Part shown: positions 39,176-51,918 of the stretch, piece after piece
How positions within the stretch are numbered: the first letter of the stretch is position 1
Layout: each line of letters starts with the position of its first letter
Assembly (NCBI RefSeq): GCF_009914755.1
Contig: NC_060925.1
Direction: 5' to 3' (one strand)
Source of the DNA: the human T2T-CHM13v2.0 reference genome, Homo sapiens
Length of the DNA stretch: 64,000 bases
Translations under genes and position numbers: made by a program
Notes under the pieces: generated by a model
What the model saw: the letters and a program-made list of their open reading frames with translations, nothing else
The model's database searches: none
Told to the model about the DNA's origin: nothing

Positions 39176-40039
39176 CACCTTTCCTTTGTTTATTTTTAAC
39201 TTTTGCCTCATGTATTCGTATATCCCTTGTACTGTTGAAACATTTAGCTATGTAACTATATGCATTTTGGAATATTTATATTTTAGAAATCTCTCCCAAA
39301 ATATAATTGCCTAACTTCCTGACATGACTTGACATTTAGTTAATTAAAGATAATAACAGAAAGAAAATAGGACCTCCCTTTGGTACTTACTGAGTTTAGA
39401 AAATTTAACTACTTCTGATGTTTTATTTGCAGTATTCTGGAAAGGTGATGGAGACAAAATCCATTAAATGTAGCTTTCTTTCCTCTCTCTGAGTCCCTAG
39501 AGTTTATTCTCAAGGGCATTCTCAAGGCCATAAACTCATGAACCTTACTAAAGCGAAACACCTTCATAATATTTCTCTGAGGGCCAAGGAAAGGAAGCAT
39601 TGTGCATGTGTGAGCATTAGGCTGATCTTTAAAAGGATGTAGTAAGTGGGTTTCACTGTACTGGCAACTCTCGTGGGTTCCTTTTTTCTGCTACACTGAG
39701 TGGCACGTTCATATCTGATTTTCAGTGCATTTGCTCCTAGTTATCTCTCAGTGTTTCTGCTTCAGGAAGGTTCACTGTTCAGTCCATCTTCCTTTCTCTG
39801 GGTGAAGGGTGGGTCAGAGGGTAGAATCAGCCTGAGAGCTGTTGCCCTGACTGCCTCAGAACCCAGCTGCAGATGCTCTCCATGCATGAGGCACCCGGGA
39901 AGGGAAGGTGAGACTCTCGCTCCAGAACCAGCTTCACAGCATAATGAAAGCACAGGTATTTTCTTTGCTAGTTTCATGTCCATATCTGTTATACTTTGCT
40001 AAAGTCTTTAGATCTCATTAATAAACATCACAGGGAAAA

Positions 40040-40268
40040 AGAGCACTATACTCAAATAAGTTTGGGAAATATTGGATAAAACAAAATTAACTAGGCTTGT
40101 GTGTGTGTTCTTTAGAAATGCCTCTCAGAGTCTTTAATATGCTCATGCTGATTGTGGATATTTAAGAGAAAGAGGTTTAAGTATCCCTTACTCATCTCAT
40201 TTAGCCCCTATGTTTTTCTTCATAGCATCTCTCAGGGCCAGTGTTCCAAAAAACATACTTGGAAAAGC
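40040..40268. mobile_element. hAT-Charlie fossil (Charlie4z/4a-like)
   Basis: 'tcaaataagtttgggaaatattgg...ctctcagagtctttaatatgctcatg...cagtgttccaaaaaacatacttggaaa'; same family as 4285-4530. Confidence 0.65.
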
Positions 40269-40611
40269 CCAACTCTGCTACTCTTCTCCATTGCCTGTTT
40301 GAGACTAAGAATTCTTTCATTAGCTGACTTTCCTTCTATGCACCCATTCCTCATTCTTCTCCCCAATATTACTTGCCCATTTCTCTGTTCTATTCCTTCA
40401 CCCTTCCTTCTCTTCCTCCTTTTATTCTCTTTTTGGAAATTTAAAATTACTATTGAGCACCTGGAAAGGTGGCTTCGAGATCTCAGGCTCTGGTCAAGAC
40501 TCTGAGAAGAGATCACCAAAGCCCTCTGCTCTCTTGAGAGGTTTACATTGAGAAAGAGGAGGCGGGATGGAGAGGAGAACTAAATAAGTAAGCAAATACA
40601 TGTACAAGTGA

Positions 40612-40996
<385 letters not shown>

Positions 40997-41869
40997 TAAT
41001 AGTTATAATCATCCCATGCTTTGAGATGGAAGAAAGTGAGCTCCTCTCCCACAACCTTGTTTTTGATAAAAACAAGACTCACAACAAATTCTGCCACACA
41101 TAAGAACTTTATTAAATAAAACATACTAGCTCACAAGCATGAGAGAGTTGATAAAACCCGTTCTGTGTCTTGATGGAGCACCACCTCTCTGTCCTTTTAG
41201 GTGTTCCCTCCACAATCTTGCATGAATGGTTCACTCAAGACTGATGTGACAATATTCCAGAAGAAGTATTCTGCCACCCTCACTGTCAACATCAAGCAAT
41301 CCAGAGTCTTTTAAACCAATGTCTGCACATGGAAGATTCATAGATCAAGCTTTGTGTTCCAGTCCTAAGAATAAGGAGTTTTCTCTCAATATCTTGTTCA
41401 TGTCTGGTTGGGAGATATAACCAAAATATTTTTGACACTTCCACCTTGAATTTTTCTAGCAGTCATATGCTAATTAACAAAGTGCTAATTTCACCAATAA
41501 AAATCCACTTCTGACATTCGCTATGCTAATTAGTGCAATATCTTTATCAGAGACAAAGATAGCTGAAGTGCTTGCTTGTAGTAGCCTCCTCTGGAGTGTG
41601 GCCTTTCACTGTCAGCTAACAGCCTCCCACCTGCCTCTTGGGGAGTGAATTCCTGATTAGAATGCTAGTTGCACCAGGGGTGCAATGTCAACTAACCATC
41701 CTTAGAGCATAAGATCTATTCTGATACATTTTATGTAAATTACAGTGTGGCCTCTCTAAGTCCTATAAAGGAAACAAAACAGGTTAGTGGCTTGGAGGTT
41801 TTTTTTTTTTTTTTTTTTGAAGGTCTCTAGGAGAAGGACAGTGGGACAGCGATACCTAAAGATATTCAA

Positions 41870-42500
41870 GCTAATATCTGAGTTTAGAGAGCAGCTAGAC
41901 TTAAGAATATTTTGGTGAATTGCATTCCAGACAGAGGTAAAAGGAAGTGCAGAGGTTCAAATGCAAAAGTGAGCTTGATGTGTTCAAGGAATCGGCACAA
42001 GTCCAGTGTGACTAGTGCAGTGAGACACCATCAGAAGGAGGGCAGATGGGATCAGGAATATGAGGAGAAACTTGATCACTGAAGGCCATGTTAAGAAACT
42101 TGGATTTTATTCCAAATGTAATGGGAATTTATTGCAGAGTTTTTAGTAAGGGAGCAACATCAAATTTATATTTTAAAAGAGGTCTCTGCTGAGTGAGGAG
42201 AACAGATTGCAGGTGGGTAAGAGAGGAATCTGTGAGACCACTTAGGAAGCTTTTGTGGTCCATAAAAGAGATTATGGTGGTCTAATTTAAAGTGGTATTA
42301 GTGAAGGTGGAAATAAATGAACAAAACTGAGGATATCTTTGGACATAGAGCCAATAGAACTTAGAGATGAAAAGAAATTAGGAGGCAGAATGAAGGTAAA
42401 GAAAACAAAAGCTTAGTTTTGAGTTTCCGCAGCTAGATTGCTTGTGGTACCATCTACTAAGATGCAGAGGATTGAGGGAAATACATACTTTTGGTGATAG
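41870..42500 (-). mobile_element. L2 fragment
   Basis: 'cattccagacagagg...gagcttgatgtgttcaagga...ggccatgttaagaaacttggattttattcc...gtgagaccacttaggaagct'. Confidence 0.8.
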
Positions 42501-42829
42501 GGTGTGAATAGGGTATTAATATCATAGAAAGAGATCATCAACATGTATATTAGGAACTACTTGTAAGGTCACAAATTCTAAGCCAGTTTCTTCCACTAAG
42601 GCTAATAAATTTTTTCAGAGTTTGTAGAAATTTCTAGAGGTACAGTAAAGCCTTCAGTAGCATCATGCTATCCATGCCTTTCAGCAGTTCTGCAATTGAT
42701 AATCCTATCCTTCTTAAGACTCTAAAAGCTTTGTGAAAATGAAATGTGGTTCTTCATATAAAGACCGGAAGCCCTACTAGAACAGTCACAGGCCACATGG
42801 CAATTATTGAGAGAAGGGATATATCACAG

Positions 42830-43015
42830 CCTTCAGACACGGAAGATATGGGATCAAATTCTGTCTCTGCTCCTGATTCACACTATGACTTTGGACAAGT
42901 CTGGAAGTCTCAGTTTTCTCATTTGTAAAAGGGAAATAATCTACAAAGTGAACATTGAATAATGTGTGTGAAACTTTTTAAACTGGGTAAAACTGCTATA
43001 ATCTTTGTTACTACT
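42830..43015 (+). mobile_element. MIR SINE
   Basis: 'atgactttggacaagtc...tctcagttttctcatttgtaaaagggaaataat'. Confidence 0.65.
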
Positions 43016-43244
43016 TTTATTACTATAAAAAAACTCCCAACAACACAAGCCTTATTTCTGAATGTAGTAAATATGAAACCCACTCACTGAGACTACTATG
43101 TGTAAGGCCCTTATTTTACAGACTTTTCTATGTATAATTACCAATTTTAACAAAAATATCTTCTCCTGAGTCTTCAAGAAGTGAGCCTGGATAATAAATC
43201 ACATTATCTCTTAGCTAACAATGATTCAATCTGAAATCACTCAA

Positions 43245-43800
43245 TCTTTACAAAAATTCACTGCACCAAAACCACCTGGGGGGCTTTAATAAAACACTGT
43301 TTCCTAGGCCTTACCCTAGACCTGCTGATATGGTTTGGCTCTATGTCCCCACCCAAATCTCATCTCAAATTGTAATCCCCACGTGTTGAGGAAGGGACCT
43401 GATGGGAGGTGTGTGGGTCCTGGGAGAGTTTCCCCTATGCTGTTCTCGTGCTGGTGAGGGAGTTCTCACGAGATCTGGTGGTTTGATAAGTGTCTGCAGT
43501 TTCCCCCATGCTCTCTCTCTCTTGTCTGCTGCCATATAAGATGTGCCTTTCTTCCCCTTCGCCTCCTGCCATGATTGTAAGTTTCCTGAGACCTCCCCAG
43601 CCATACCAAATTATGAGTCAATTAAACCTCCTTTCTTTATAAATTACCCAGTCTCAAGTAGTATCTTTACAGCAGTATGAAAATGGAGGAATACACCTGC
43701 AGAACCAGAGTCCTTGTGAATAGGACCCAGGAATCAATATTTATCAAATACTCCCCTGGTGATGGTGATGCAGCTGGCCCACACTCTGACACCTGAGTAG
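43245..43800. mobile_element. MER5-family hAT-Charlie MITE, split by MSTA
   Basis: 'accacctggggggctttaataaaa...ccctagacctgc' resumes as 'agaaccagagtcc...cccaggaatc...ctggtgatggtgatgcagctgg'. Confidence 0.65.
43326..43695 (+). mobile_element. MSTA/THE1-group MaLR solo LTR
   Basis: 'tgatatggtttggctctatgtccccacccaaatctcatct...ccatgattgtaagtttcctgag...ataaattacccagtctc...aataca'; perfect 5-bp TSD cctgc at 43321-43325 and 43696-43700. Confidence 0.93.
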
Positions 43801-44254
43801 CTAGTTTGTAGGTGAGAAAATGGAAATGCAAAGAAGTGACTGACCCAGTAGCACAACTAGATTGAAAGCTTTCTTTCCAATCTGGATCAACATGCCTTCC
43901 ATTGAATCTCCTGGGCACCATCAGGGCCTGGATCTTGCTAATCCTCCTAAAAAAGAAAACCTTGATAGGTAACAATAGCAAAAGCCAAGATAAGAGGTGC
44001 CGACAAAAGTATGAAGTACCAAAAATAACATCTACTACAAAAATAAACAATATTCTATGAGACTAAACTTTAAAGAGAATGGCTCAGTCAAAGTGGGTCA
44101 ACAGGATTATGCAAATTTGGCAGAGCATACATTATGCACATAGTACTTGGTCTCTCCCATGTGTTTGAGGTGGAATTTGTTGGCAATTGTTTGTTGTGGA
44201 ACCCTATGGATATAGTATGCCTATTTTCTGTCAGATGAGAATGCAAAATAATAT

Positions 44255-44470
44255 ATCAAAAAGAGAAGGACAAAAAAACAATGACGACAAACAAACAAAC
44301 CCCTGATAGCTCAATTAAGAAATAGGCTAAAGACATTCCTCCAAAGAAGACATACAAATGGTCAACAGGTATATGAAAAAATGCTGAACGATGCTACTCA
44401 TCAGACAAATGCACATCAAAATCACAATGAGCTATCACTTCACATCTGTCAGGATGACTGTTAACAAAAA
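44255..44470 (+). mobile_element. L1M ORF2 3' fragment
   Basis: 'ctccaaagaagacatacaaatggtcaacaggtatatgaaaaaatgct...aaatcacaatgagctatcacttcacatctgtcaggatg'. Confidence 0.85.
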
Positions 44471-44624
44471 CACATAATTAGCACTCATTAAATGTTAATT
44501 ATCTTTGTTGTTATTATTAAGATTTGTGTACCATGAAGGGTACTATAAATGCTAGATGATCATGACATGGTCCCTGTCCTCAAAGAGACTGCATAAATAG
44601 GGAAGAGACAAGGAAACAAATTAG

Positions 44625-44860
44625 TATAATAGTATAATTTTAAAAGTATGGACTCTGGAAGCAGTTTGAATCCCAGTTCTGCCTCTTAGCAGCTGTTCAA
44701 TCCTGGGCTAGTTACTTAACCTAACATGAAATTACGTTACCTATAGAACTGAGATCATTTTACTTGTCTCCTATGGTTGTTGTGATGATTACAAAGATAA
44801 TGCATGTAAAACACATAGCACAGAGTCTGGAACATAATTAAGTGCTCAATAAATACAGCC
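44625..44860 (+). mobile_element. MIR SINE (near full length)
   Basis: 'ggactctggaagcagtttgaatcccagttctgcctcttagcagctg...agttacttaacct...aagtgctcaataaata'. Confidence 0.8.
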
Positions 44861-46313
44861 ATTATCATTGTCAACTTGTTGTGTTAGAAGTGGCCAGTGG
44901 GTATGATGGCAATGCCAAGCAAGGCACAAAAACAAACTCAGGAGTGGGATGTTTCTGTGCATGAAAGCCTGGGAAGGAGGTGAGGCCGTAACTGAATCTT
45001 GAAGGTCATATAGAGATAACCCAGAAGAGAGAAAGAAATGGTGCTCTGAGTGTGCTGTTAGTAATAAGGTGGAATGCAATCAGGGAGCTGCAAATAATTC
45101 AGCCTGCAAGCAATGAAGAGTGCAGGGCAGACAGACTTCTGAAAAACTGGGAAGATGGACAAGAATAGTGAAGAAAAGTTCTCCTACTGCGGGACTAAGA
45201 AGCTTGGGTCAGATCCTATAGGAAGCCAGAGATCTTTAAAAGACTTCAGAGAAATAGAATGATCAGATTGTGTTTTCAAATGATGGGGATAAACAGGGTG
45301 ATCCAATGGTATAAAAATAGCTAGGAGTGGGGAGGGGTTAGCACTTATAAATGTGAGCAATGCCTATGAACATTTTCTGAGCTAAATGACTTTTAAAACA
45401 ATTTCCATTGCTGATTTAAGATACTTTGCACAGATGTGAGAGCGCATTTTTTTCCTGATGGAATCTCATTTCTGTTCTAAATTCTTTATATCCTTTTGTT
45501 TGCCCTCATTTGTGTTTACACCACCTGTCAATTTAGTATAATCTGTGATTTTAATGTGTTTTCCCCCTCTTCCAGATCATTATTAAATGCGCTAAGTAAA
45601 ACCAGACCCATCACTGCCTCTGGCACTTCCCTCCCTGAACACTTCCACTTAGTTCAATACGGCAATTGTTATTGGCATAATACCTCTAAACTCCTTGAAA
45701 TTTCCTTCCTACTTCTAGTTCATATCTGTGAACAAGATAAACAGACAAAGAAATGCTTCCTCTTTGGGCAAGACCTGGACCCTCTAGTTTGGGCCTGTGA
45801 GCCTTAACCCTCTCCATATAATCCCCTACGAGGGTACATATATGAAGTCCAAAAAAGATGTTACTCGATGAGACACATGTAAATCAATGGGTTTTCACTC
45901 TCTGTTCTTGCTCACTGTGCTCTTCAATACAAATGTCCTAATGGATAAACCTAATCAATCTCTCCATTCCATGGTATAGTAACTGGGGACTGTGTATATT
46001 GAGGAGAGAGGCTTCTGCAATCAGGCTGCATGGCATTAAAATCTCTTCTTTATTGCATAGAAAGTAGGTCTCTCCCCAGTGGTCCAAAGATTTTTTTTCA
46101 TGTAAATCTGGAAATGCATTAAGTCACAGACATTTTCTCAAGCTTGCCAATCACCCCAGCTTCTCCATCTCTCAGCTCCATCTGCAGTTCTACCCCTAGA
46201 TTCCAGTTCTGCAGGAAGTCAGAGCCAGGGCTCATGGGCGTATTGGAATGACATGTCTAACAAAAAGGAAGAGGTTGTCACCACTGCAGGAGCAACTCTA
46301 AAAACAGATATCA

Positions 46314-46608
46314 GGCCAGGCTCAGTAGCTCACGCTTGTAATCCGAGCACTTTGGGAAGCGGAGGCAGATGTTCAAGACCAGCCTGGGCAACATGGCAGA
46401 AACCCATCTCTACAAATTAAAAAAAAAAAAAAAATTAGCCAGGCATGGGGCATGTACCTGTAGTCCCAGCTATTCAGGAGGCTGAAGCGGGAGGATTACT
46501 TGAGCCCAGGAGGCAGAGTTTGCAGTGAGCAGAGATCACACCATTGCACTCCAGCCTGAGCGACAGAGTGAGACCATGTATCAAAAATAAAATAAAGTAA
46601 AATAAAAT
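46314..46608 (+). mobile_element. AluJ-like with short internal deletion
   Basis: Dimer lacking about 20 bp before the B box; perfect TSD aaaaacagatatca at 46300-46313 and 46609-46622. Confidence 0.93.
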
Positions 46609-46672
46609 AAAAACAGATATCAGTAAACCAAAAAGCAGTGAATATAAACAAAATTTTGCAGACCATTCATAT

Positions 46673-47223
46673 TGAAAGGTGAAGCCGGCTGGGCTTCTGG
46701 GTCAGGTGGGGACTTGGAGAACTTTTGTGTCTAGCTAAAGGATTGTAAATGCACCAATCAGTACTCTGTATCTAGCTAAAGGACTGTAAACACACCAATC
46801 AGCACTCTGTAAAACGGACCAATCAGCACTCTGTAAACGGACCAATCAGCAGGATGTGGGTGGGGCCAAATCAGGGAATCAAAGCAGGCCACCCGAGCCA
46901 GCAGCGGCAACCCACTTGGGTCCCCTTCTATGCTGTGGAAGCTTTGTTCTTTCGCTCTTCGCAATAAATCTTGCTGCTGCTCACTCTTTGGGTCTATGCG
47001 CCACCTTTAAGAGCTGTAACACTCACCGCGAAGGTCTGCAACTTCACTCCTGAAGTCAGTGAGACCATGAACCCACCAGAAGGAAGAAACTCCAGACACA
47101 TCTGAACCACAGAAGGAACAAACTCCGGACACACCATCTTTAAGAACTGTAACACTCACCGCGAGGGTCTGCGGCTTCAATCTTGAAGTCAGCGAGACCA
47201 AGAACCCACCAATTCCGGACACA
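46673..47223 (+). mobile_element. LTR12-family (ERV9/HERV9) solo LTR
   Basis: 'tgaaaggtgaagccggctgggcttctgggtc...' with repeated 'accaatcagcactctg', 'gcaataaatcttgctgctgctcactctttggg', ending 'aagaacccaccaattccggacaca'; flanks atat/ctat. Confidence 0.95.
46750..46890 (+). promoter_or_regulatory. LTR12 U3 CCAAT (NF-Y) box array, promoter-like region
   Basis: Four CCAATCAG boxes (~46755, ~46795, ~46819, ~46842). Activity is not shown by sequence. Confidence 0.5.
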
Positions 47224-48206
47224 CTATCTTGGTTTCTAGATTTTGCTTTTCCATTCATCCCTTCAAGGAGCATTATTTGAGGTCCCATCTAAGTGATAGA
47301 CACTGCTCTGGAGACCACAGAAAATCAAAAAATCAATAATGAAAAATGAAGAATAGTTGGTCTCTATCTTCAGGAAGCTAAAACCTAGTTGGGATGAATG
47401 GTTAGGAAGAAGCGATCCAGTGCTTACAGTTTTTTATACTTTAATATTTTCCACATATCCAAAATGGCATCTCAGAGGTTGATTCTATTATAGACACACT
47501 TTCACCTGATTAAATTGGGAGTTTCGAAGCAGACAGCTTCAGACTGCAGGTATCAATCATTTCACCATATCCATGCTTTATGCCACTGCGCACTCAAGCC
47601 TCACCCTTCCCCACCCCCACCCAACATCAAGGCCTGAAACGGAGTCAGCCTCATTCACTGGCACCACCATCACCTGCAGAGCCATCCCTACTAGTATTTG
47701 GAGCTGCAGCATCTCAACCAGTGAGGGAACTACAAAATCACCCACAATGTGCAAAAAAGCCATACCGTGACAATTCTCACATGCTTCCTGACAGAAACTT
47801 TTGAAACAGAATTTTGATGGTGTTCAGAAAGGAGGAACAAGGCACAATCCCTACCTCTCTCCCCATCAACAGGTACCACACGCAGGACCCACAGGAGCTG
47901 CCTAGGTTGCCCTAAACAAGAGGCAGGTCTAACCATCTGAGTTCATCCACCATATTTGGAATTGTGCAAAATCTGTTACTGGTCACTGGTTGCCTATTGG
48001 GGCTCGATTTCTTCTCTCAGGTACTGAGCCTTCACATTCAACTCAGTGAGTGTAGAATCTTTTTCAGAAAAATTGTACTTTTCTGATTGTCCATTCGTTA
48101 AGGCCAATTTGCCTCAAGTACTCTATTTTACTAATTCCAAGTGTTCAGCACTATGAGTCCTCTCACTTTCCATCTGAGGCTACCTACTCATTAGTATCCA
48201 CTTCTA

Positions 48207-48229
48207 GTTTTTTGGGTTTTTTTTTTTTC

Positions 48230-48266
<37 letters not shown>

Positions 48267-48555
48267 TTTTTTGACACAGGGTCTCGCTCTGTTGCCCTGG
48301 CTGGAGTGCAGTGGCACAATCTCGGCTCACTGTAACCTTTGCCTCCTGGACTCAAGTGATCCTCCAACCTCAGCCTAGCAAGTAGCTGGGACCACAGGCA
48401 CCTGCCACTGCGTCTGGCTGATTTTTGTATTTTTTGTAGAGGCAAGGGTTTCGTCATTTTGCCCAGGCTGGTCGCAAAAGCCAGGGCTCAAGCAATCTGC
48501 CCACCTTGGCCTCCCAAAGTGCTGGGATTACAGGTGTGAGCCACTGCGCCCAGCC
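48207..48555 (-). mobile_element. Alu (AluJ-like) with long T/(CTTTT)n tail
   Basis: Reverse dimer; TSD core 'ttctagtttt'. Confidence 0.95.
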
Positions 48556-48642
48556 GAGTTCTAGTTTTTATAGAGGTAAGGCATTCACTTCCATGGGCAA
48601 GTTCATTGAACATCAGTCTATATGATGATACATAGTGTATAT

Positions 48643-48993
48643 CAGAGGTCCCCAATCCCCAAGCCACGTACTGGTGCTGGTCTGGCCTGAGGCCTATTAG
48701 GAACCTGGTTGCATGGCAGGAGGTGAACTTCTATGAGCCGGCATTGCTGCCTGAGCTCCACCTCCTGTCAGATCAGTGGAACATTAGATTCTCATAGGCG
48801 CACGAACCCTATTGTGAACTGTGCATGCCTCGGATCTAGGTTGCACTCGTTATGAGAATCTAATGCCTGATATCTGAGGTGGAACAATTTCATCGCAAAA
48901 CTATCCTCCCCACCCTTCCTACCTCCACCCATCCATGGAAAAAATGTCTTCCATGAAGCCAGTCCCTGGTGCCAAAAAGATTGGGGACTGCTA
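48643..48993 (+). mobile_element. MER1B hAT-Charlie MITE
   Basis: TIRs cagaggtccccaa / ttggggactgct; internal 'cctcctgtcagatcag...cattagattctcatagg...gaaccctattgtgaactg'; 8-bp TSD gtgtatat/gtctagat. Confidence 0.9.
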
Positions 48994-51299
48994 GTCTAGA
49001 TGACTCTTGGAAAAATAGCAGGCAACACCACTCACATACATCCTCCACTTAGGTTATCTGTTGCAATCTCCCCAATTGCCAGCAGAGCTGCTTTCTTTCG
49101 CAACTTTTGGTAATAGTCTTAGTTTTTCATTTCCTGTTTTGCTTTTGAGTACTTGCTTTCCACCTGGGATGTGAACAGCCATGGATTTACAATTATATCA
49201 TTGATACGGGACACACTACTTGCACACAGAATCTTTTCCTTTTCGGGAACAGAGTTGGCTTCTTAATTGTACCAGGAAGACAGCGGAGCTTGGATGCTAT
49301 GTCAGTGTTTCTTTAAATGGCGTTTTTCCATTGCAAGCGCCATTCCTGTAGCATAATCTAAAATATTCCCCGTGGAATTACCTCAGCAAACAGACATGCT
49401 TCAGTAAGTAGCCCTTTGCTGGGGTCATTGGAACTAAAATGAACAACAACAAAAATTCCACCCACTCTTATTTCTGATGGTGACCTAATGCTAACCTTGA
49501 AATGTGGAAGGAGCAACACCCCAGGGCATAACCTTAGATGGCTATAGACCTTCCACTTGGTTATAGCCCTCTTTTGTTTTCAATTGCTGAATTTTTACAG
49601 CTACATAACAAAAAACTTTATTGTTAAAGGTCATGTTGGGTTTTTTTTTTCCTTCCAATTATAAGGAGTTTGTCTTTGTCTTTGCAGCCTCGGGAAGCCA
49701 GGGAAAGTAAAACATCATTAAATCGGTATATTAAGTGATTTAATTTTAATCATAGGTAATTTGTATTATGGCACTTGACATAGACATTTAGCTATATCAA
49801 ATCCTCCAGAAACAAAGCTAAATAGTAAAGTTTTAGTAGAGAAATCAGTTATTGGTCACCATGTAATGGTTTTGTGGGTGTATTGCACCTGAATCCCTTG
49901 CTGTAGCTCATGATACACTGTTCCCTATCCACTCAGAGGCTTCTGTCTAAACAAGATTGACTATTACAGGGAAAGAACAGAAAGTTTCCCATGTAATGTC
50001 ACCAAATTTTTTACATTCTGAGAATCCTTCCCCAGGCACTAGCACAGTTTTAAAGGCAGAAAGGGGACCATATTTTTATGACAGTTTTTTTTCCTTGGTC
50101 TGAGGTTGGAGCATAAGAACAAAATAGCTCTTTTTGTTCATTGTACCAAGAAATTCCCTCCTGGATCTATCAAGTGTGACTGTTCACATAGCAAATAGCT
50201 TGGACATATCCAGACATAAACACCATATGAATAAAACATGTTGCAATTGTTGGATATAGTTATGTGTTTTACAAAGACAAGGTGTTCTGTTCTACACTAT
50301 CTGCAGAAGTTCACAGTAATCATTCTAAACTGTGACACTTTATCTTATTAACTGAATAAAAATACTTTTAATTATCTCAGTTAACTCTGTTTATTATGAC
50401 AGTATATGCATCATTAATCTGGAGAAGGTTTTTTTTTTTCTTTTTTCACTGTTACTGTAACATAATGGCATGTCTAGGTTGAGTTCTGAATTGGGTTTTA
50501 AAAAAGGCTGAACATTTGGTTTCCACATTTCCACTCAGAGATTATCTCTTTTCTTTTCTGTTAACTCTAAAATGGAATCCTTTAAAATGAAGACTGTTTG
50601 GAAGGATCATTAATTAGTCAAATCTTGATGTTTTACTGATAATCCAGAGTTCCACAGAATAAGCAATTTGGTCTAATCTCAATTGCTGTACCATGTCTAA
50701 AGAGAATATAATCCTTAGAATAAAATTAATTCAGACCACACAGTGATGTACCAGCTGAGATCAGCACCTTGATATACATGCAGAGACTGAGAAAGGAGCT
50801 GGAACATATCACTGTTTATGGGTGGAACACCAAAGTCCAGCACAGTTGTGGCTTTTTTTTTTTTTTAAGGTGTCTGCCTTCAAACCACCTGCCGTGCCTT
50901 TAGTACCTCATTGCCCTGGGCACTGACCCAGTGGAGATTTCCCTATTCACCAACAACCTACAGCAATTTGCACTTATTGACACCATAGCAACTAATTGGT
51001 CTTCACGACCTGCAAACTTTCAGGAAGGTCAATTTAAGCCACCTTTCCTGTGTCAGGGATCAATGTAAAATTCCACAAATCAGATGCACTTCTGCTCCCT
51101 AACCCCACTGGAAAATTGTCTGAAGTTTTCTTAGTTGCCTCAATGAGGCCTCAGACTTACCCAGTCTGGGGTTTAAAGAGTAATATAATACCATTTTGTG
51201 ATCCTCATGAGAGGATGAAATAACATACAGTGATATGTCTTCTAAAAAGATTATTAATTTGTATTATTTCTATAAATTAAGTCTGGTGCTAAAAGAGGG

Positions 51300-51332
51300 G
51301 TGTGTGTATGTGTGTGTGTGTGTGTGTGTGTG
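51300..51332. repeat. (TG)n microsatellite
   Basis: Directly visible. Confidence 0.9.
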
Positions 51333-51379
51333 ATGTTTTGTTTTGCATTTAATCCTCATAATACCAGGTTAGACCAGGG

Positions 51380-51630
51380 AAGCACTGTATGAAGTAATTA
51401 AGGAAACAGACTCTGGAGTCAGACTGTCTAGGTTCAAATCCCTGATCCTTGTTTACCAGGTGTGTGACCTTGAGCAAGTTACCTAGCTTCTCTGTGCCTC
51501 AGTTTCCATTTCTTTAAAAAAAAAAGAGGATAGTAAGTAACGGGTTGTTTTGGTGATTTAGTAAATGAATACATACAAAGAACTTGGAACTTTACCTAGT
51601 ACTTGATAATAAACACTAGCTGTTACCACT
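51380..51630 (+). mobile_element. MIR SINE
   Basis: 'gactctggagtcagactgtctaggttcaaatcc...tgtgtgaccttgagcaagttacctagcttctctgtgcctcagtttcc'. Confidence 0.85.
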
Positions 51631-51813
51631 ATTATCCTTATACTATGGTTTAAGGCTCAGAGGGCTGAGATCTGAAAGACGAGGGCCGGGTTCTGAGACT
51701 AGAAATGTTTTGCACCATAGAAGTAACTCCCAACAAGTTGTATAAACACTATTGGTGGAACAAGATATAGTTGTAGGCAATACATAGGCAATACTGGTAC
51801 ATGGGTACAGTAG

Positions 51814-51918
51814 GTACATCTCACATTTTTCAATTTCACATGCAAATACAAAAAAAAGTAGAATGTACATAATACATAATTCATTTTTGCATGTGAAATT
51901 TAAAAATGTAAGATGTAC
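51814..51918. repeat. Inverted repeat with 35-bp arms and 35-bp spacer, probably within an old DNA-transposon relic (~51700-52085)
   Basis: Left arm gtacatctcacatttttcaatttcacatgcaaata; right arm tttttgcatgtgaaatttaaaaatgtaagatgtac; 32/35 complementary. Confidence 0.9.

Noticed and set aside
41669-41686. CTCF-like site GCACCAGGGGTGCA
   Set aside because: Mismatches at the critical GGC positions of the CTCF core; kept only as a palindrome.
46740-47200. Regularly spaced direct repeats resembling a CRISPR-like array
   Set aside because: These are the normal U3 CCAAT repeats and U5 repeats of LTR12; eukaryotic context, no unique spacers or cas genes.
50761-50780. REST/RE1-like TCAGCACC
   Set aside because: Left half-site only; the GGACAG right half is absent.
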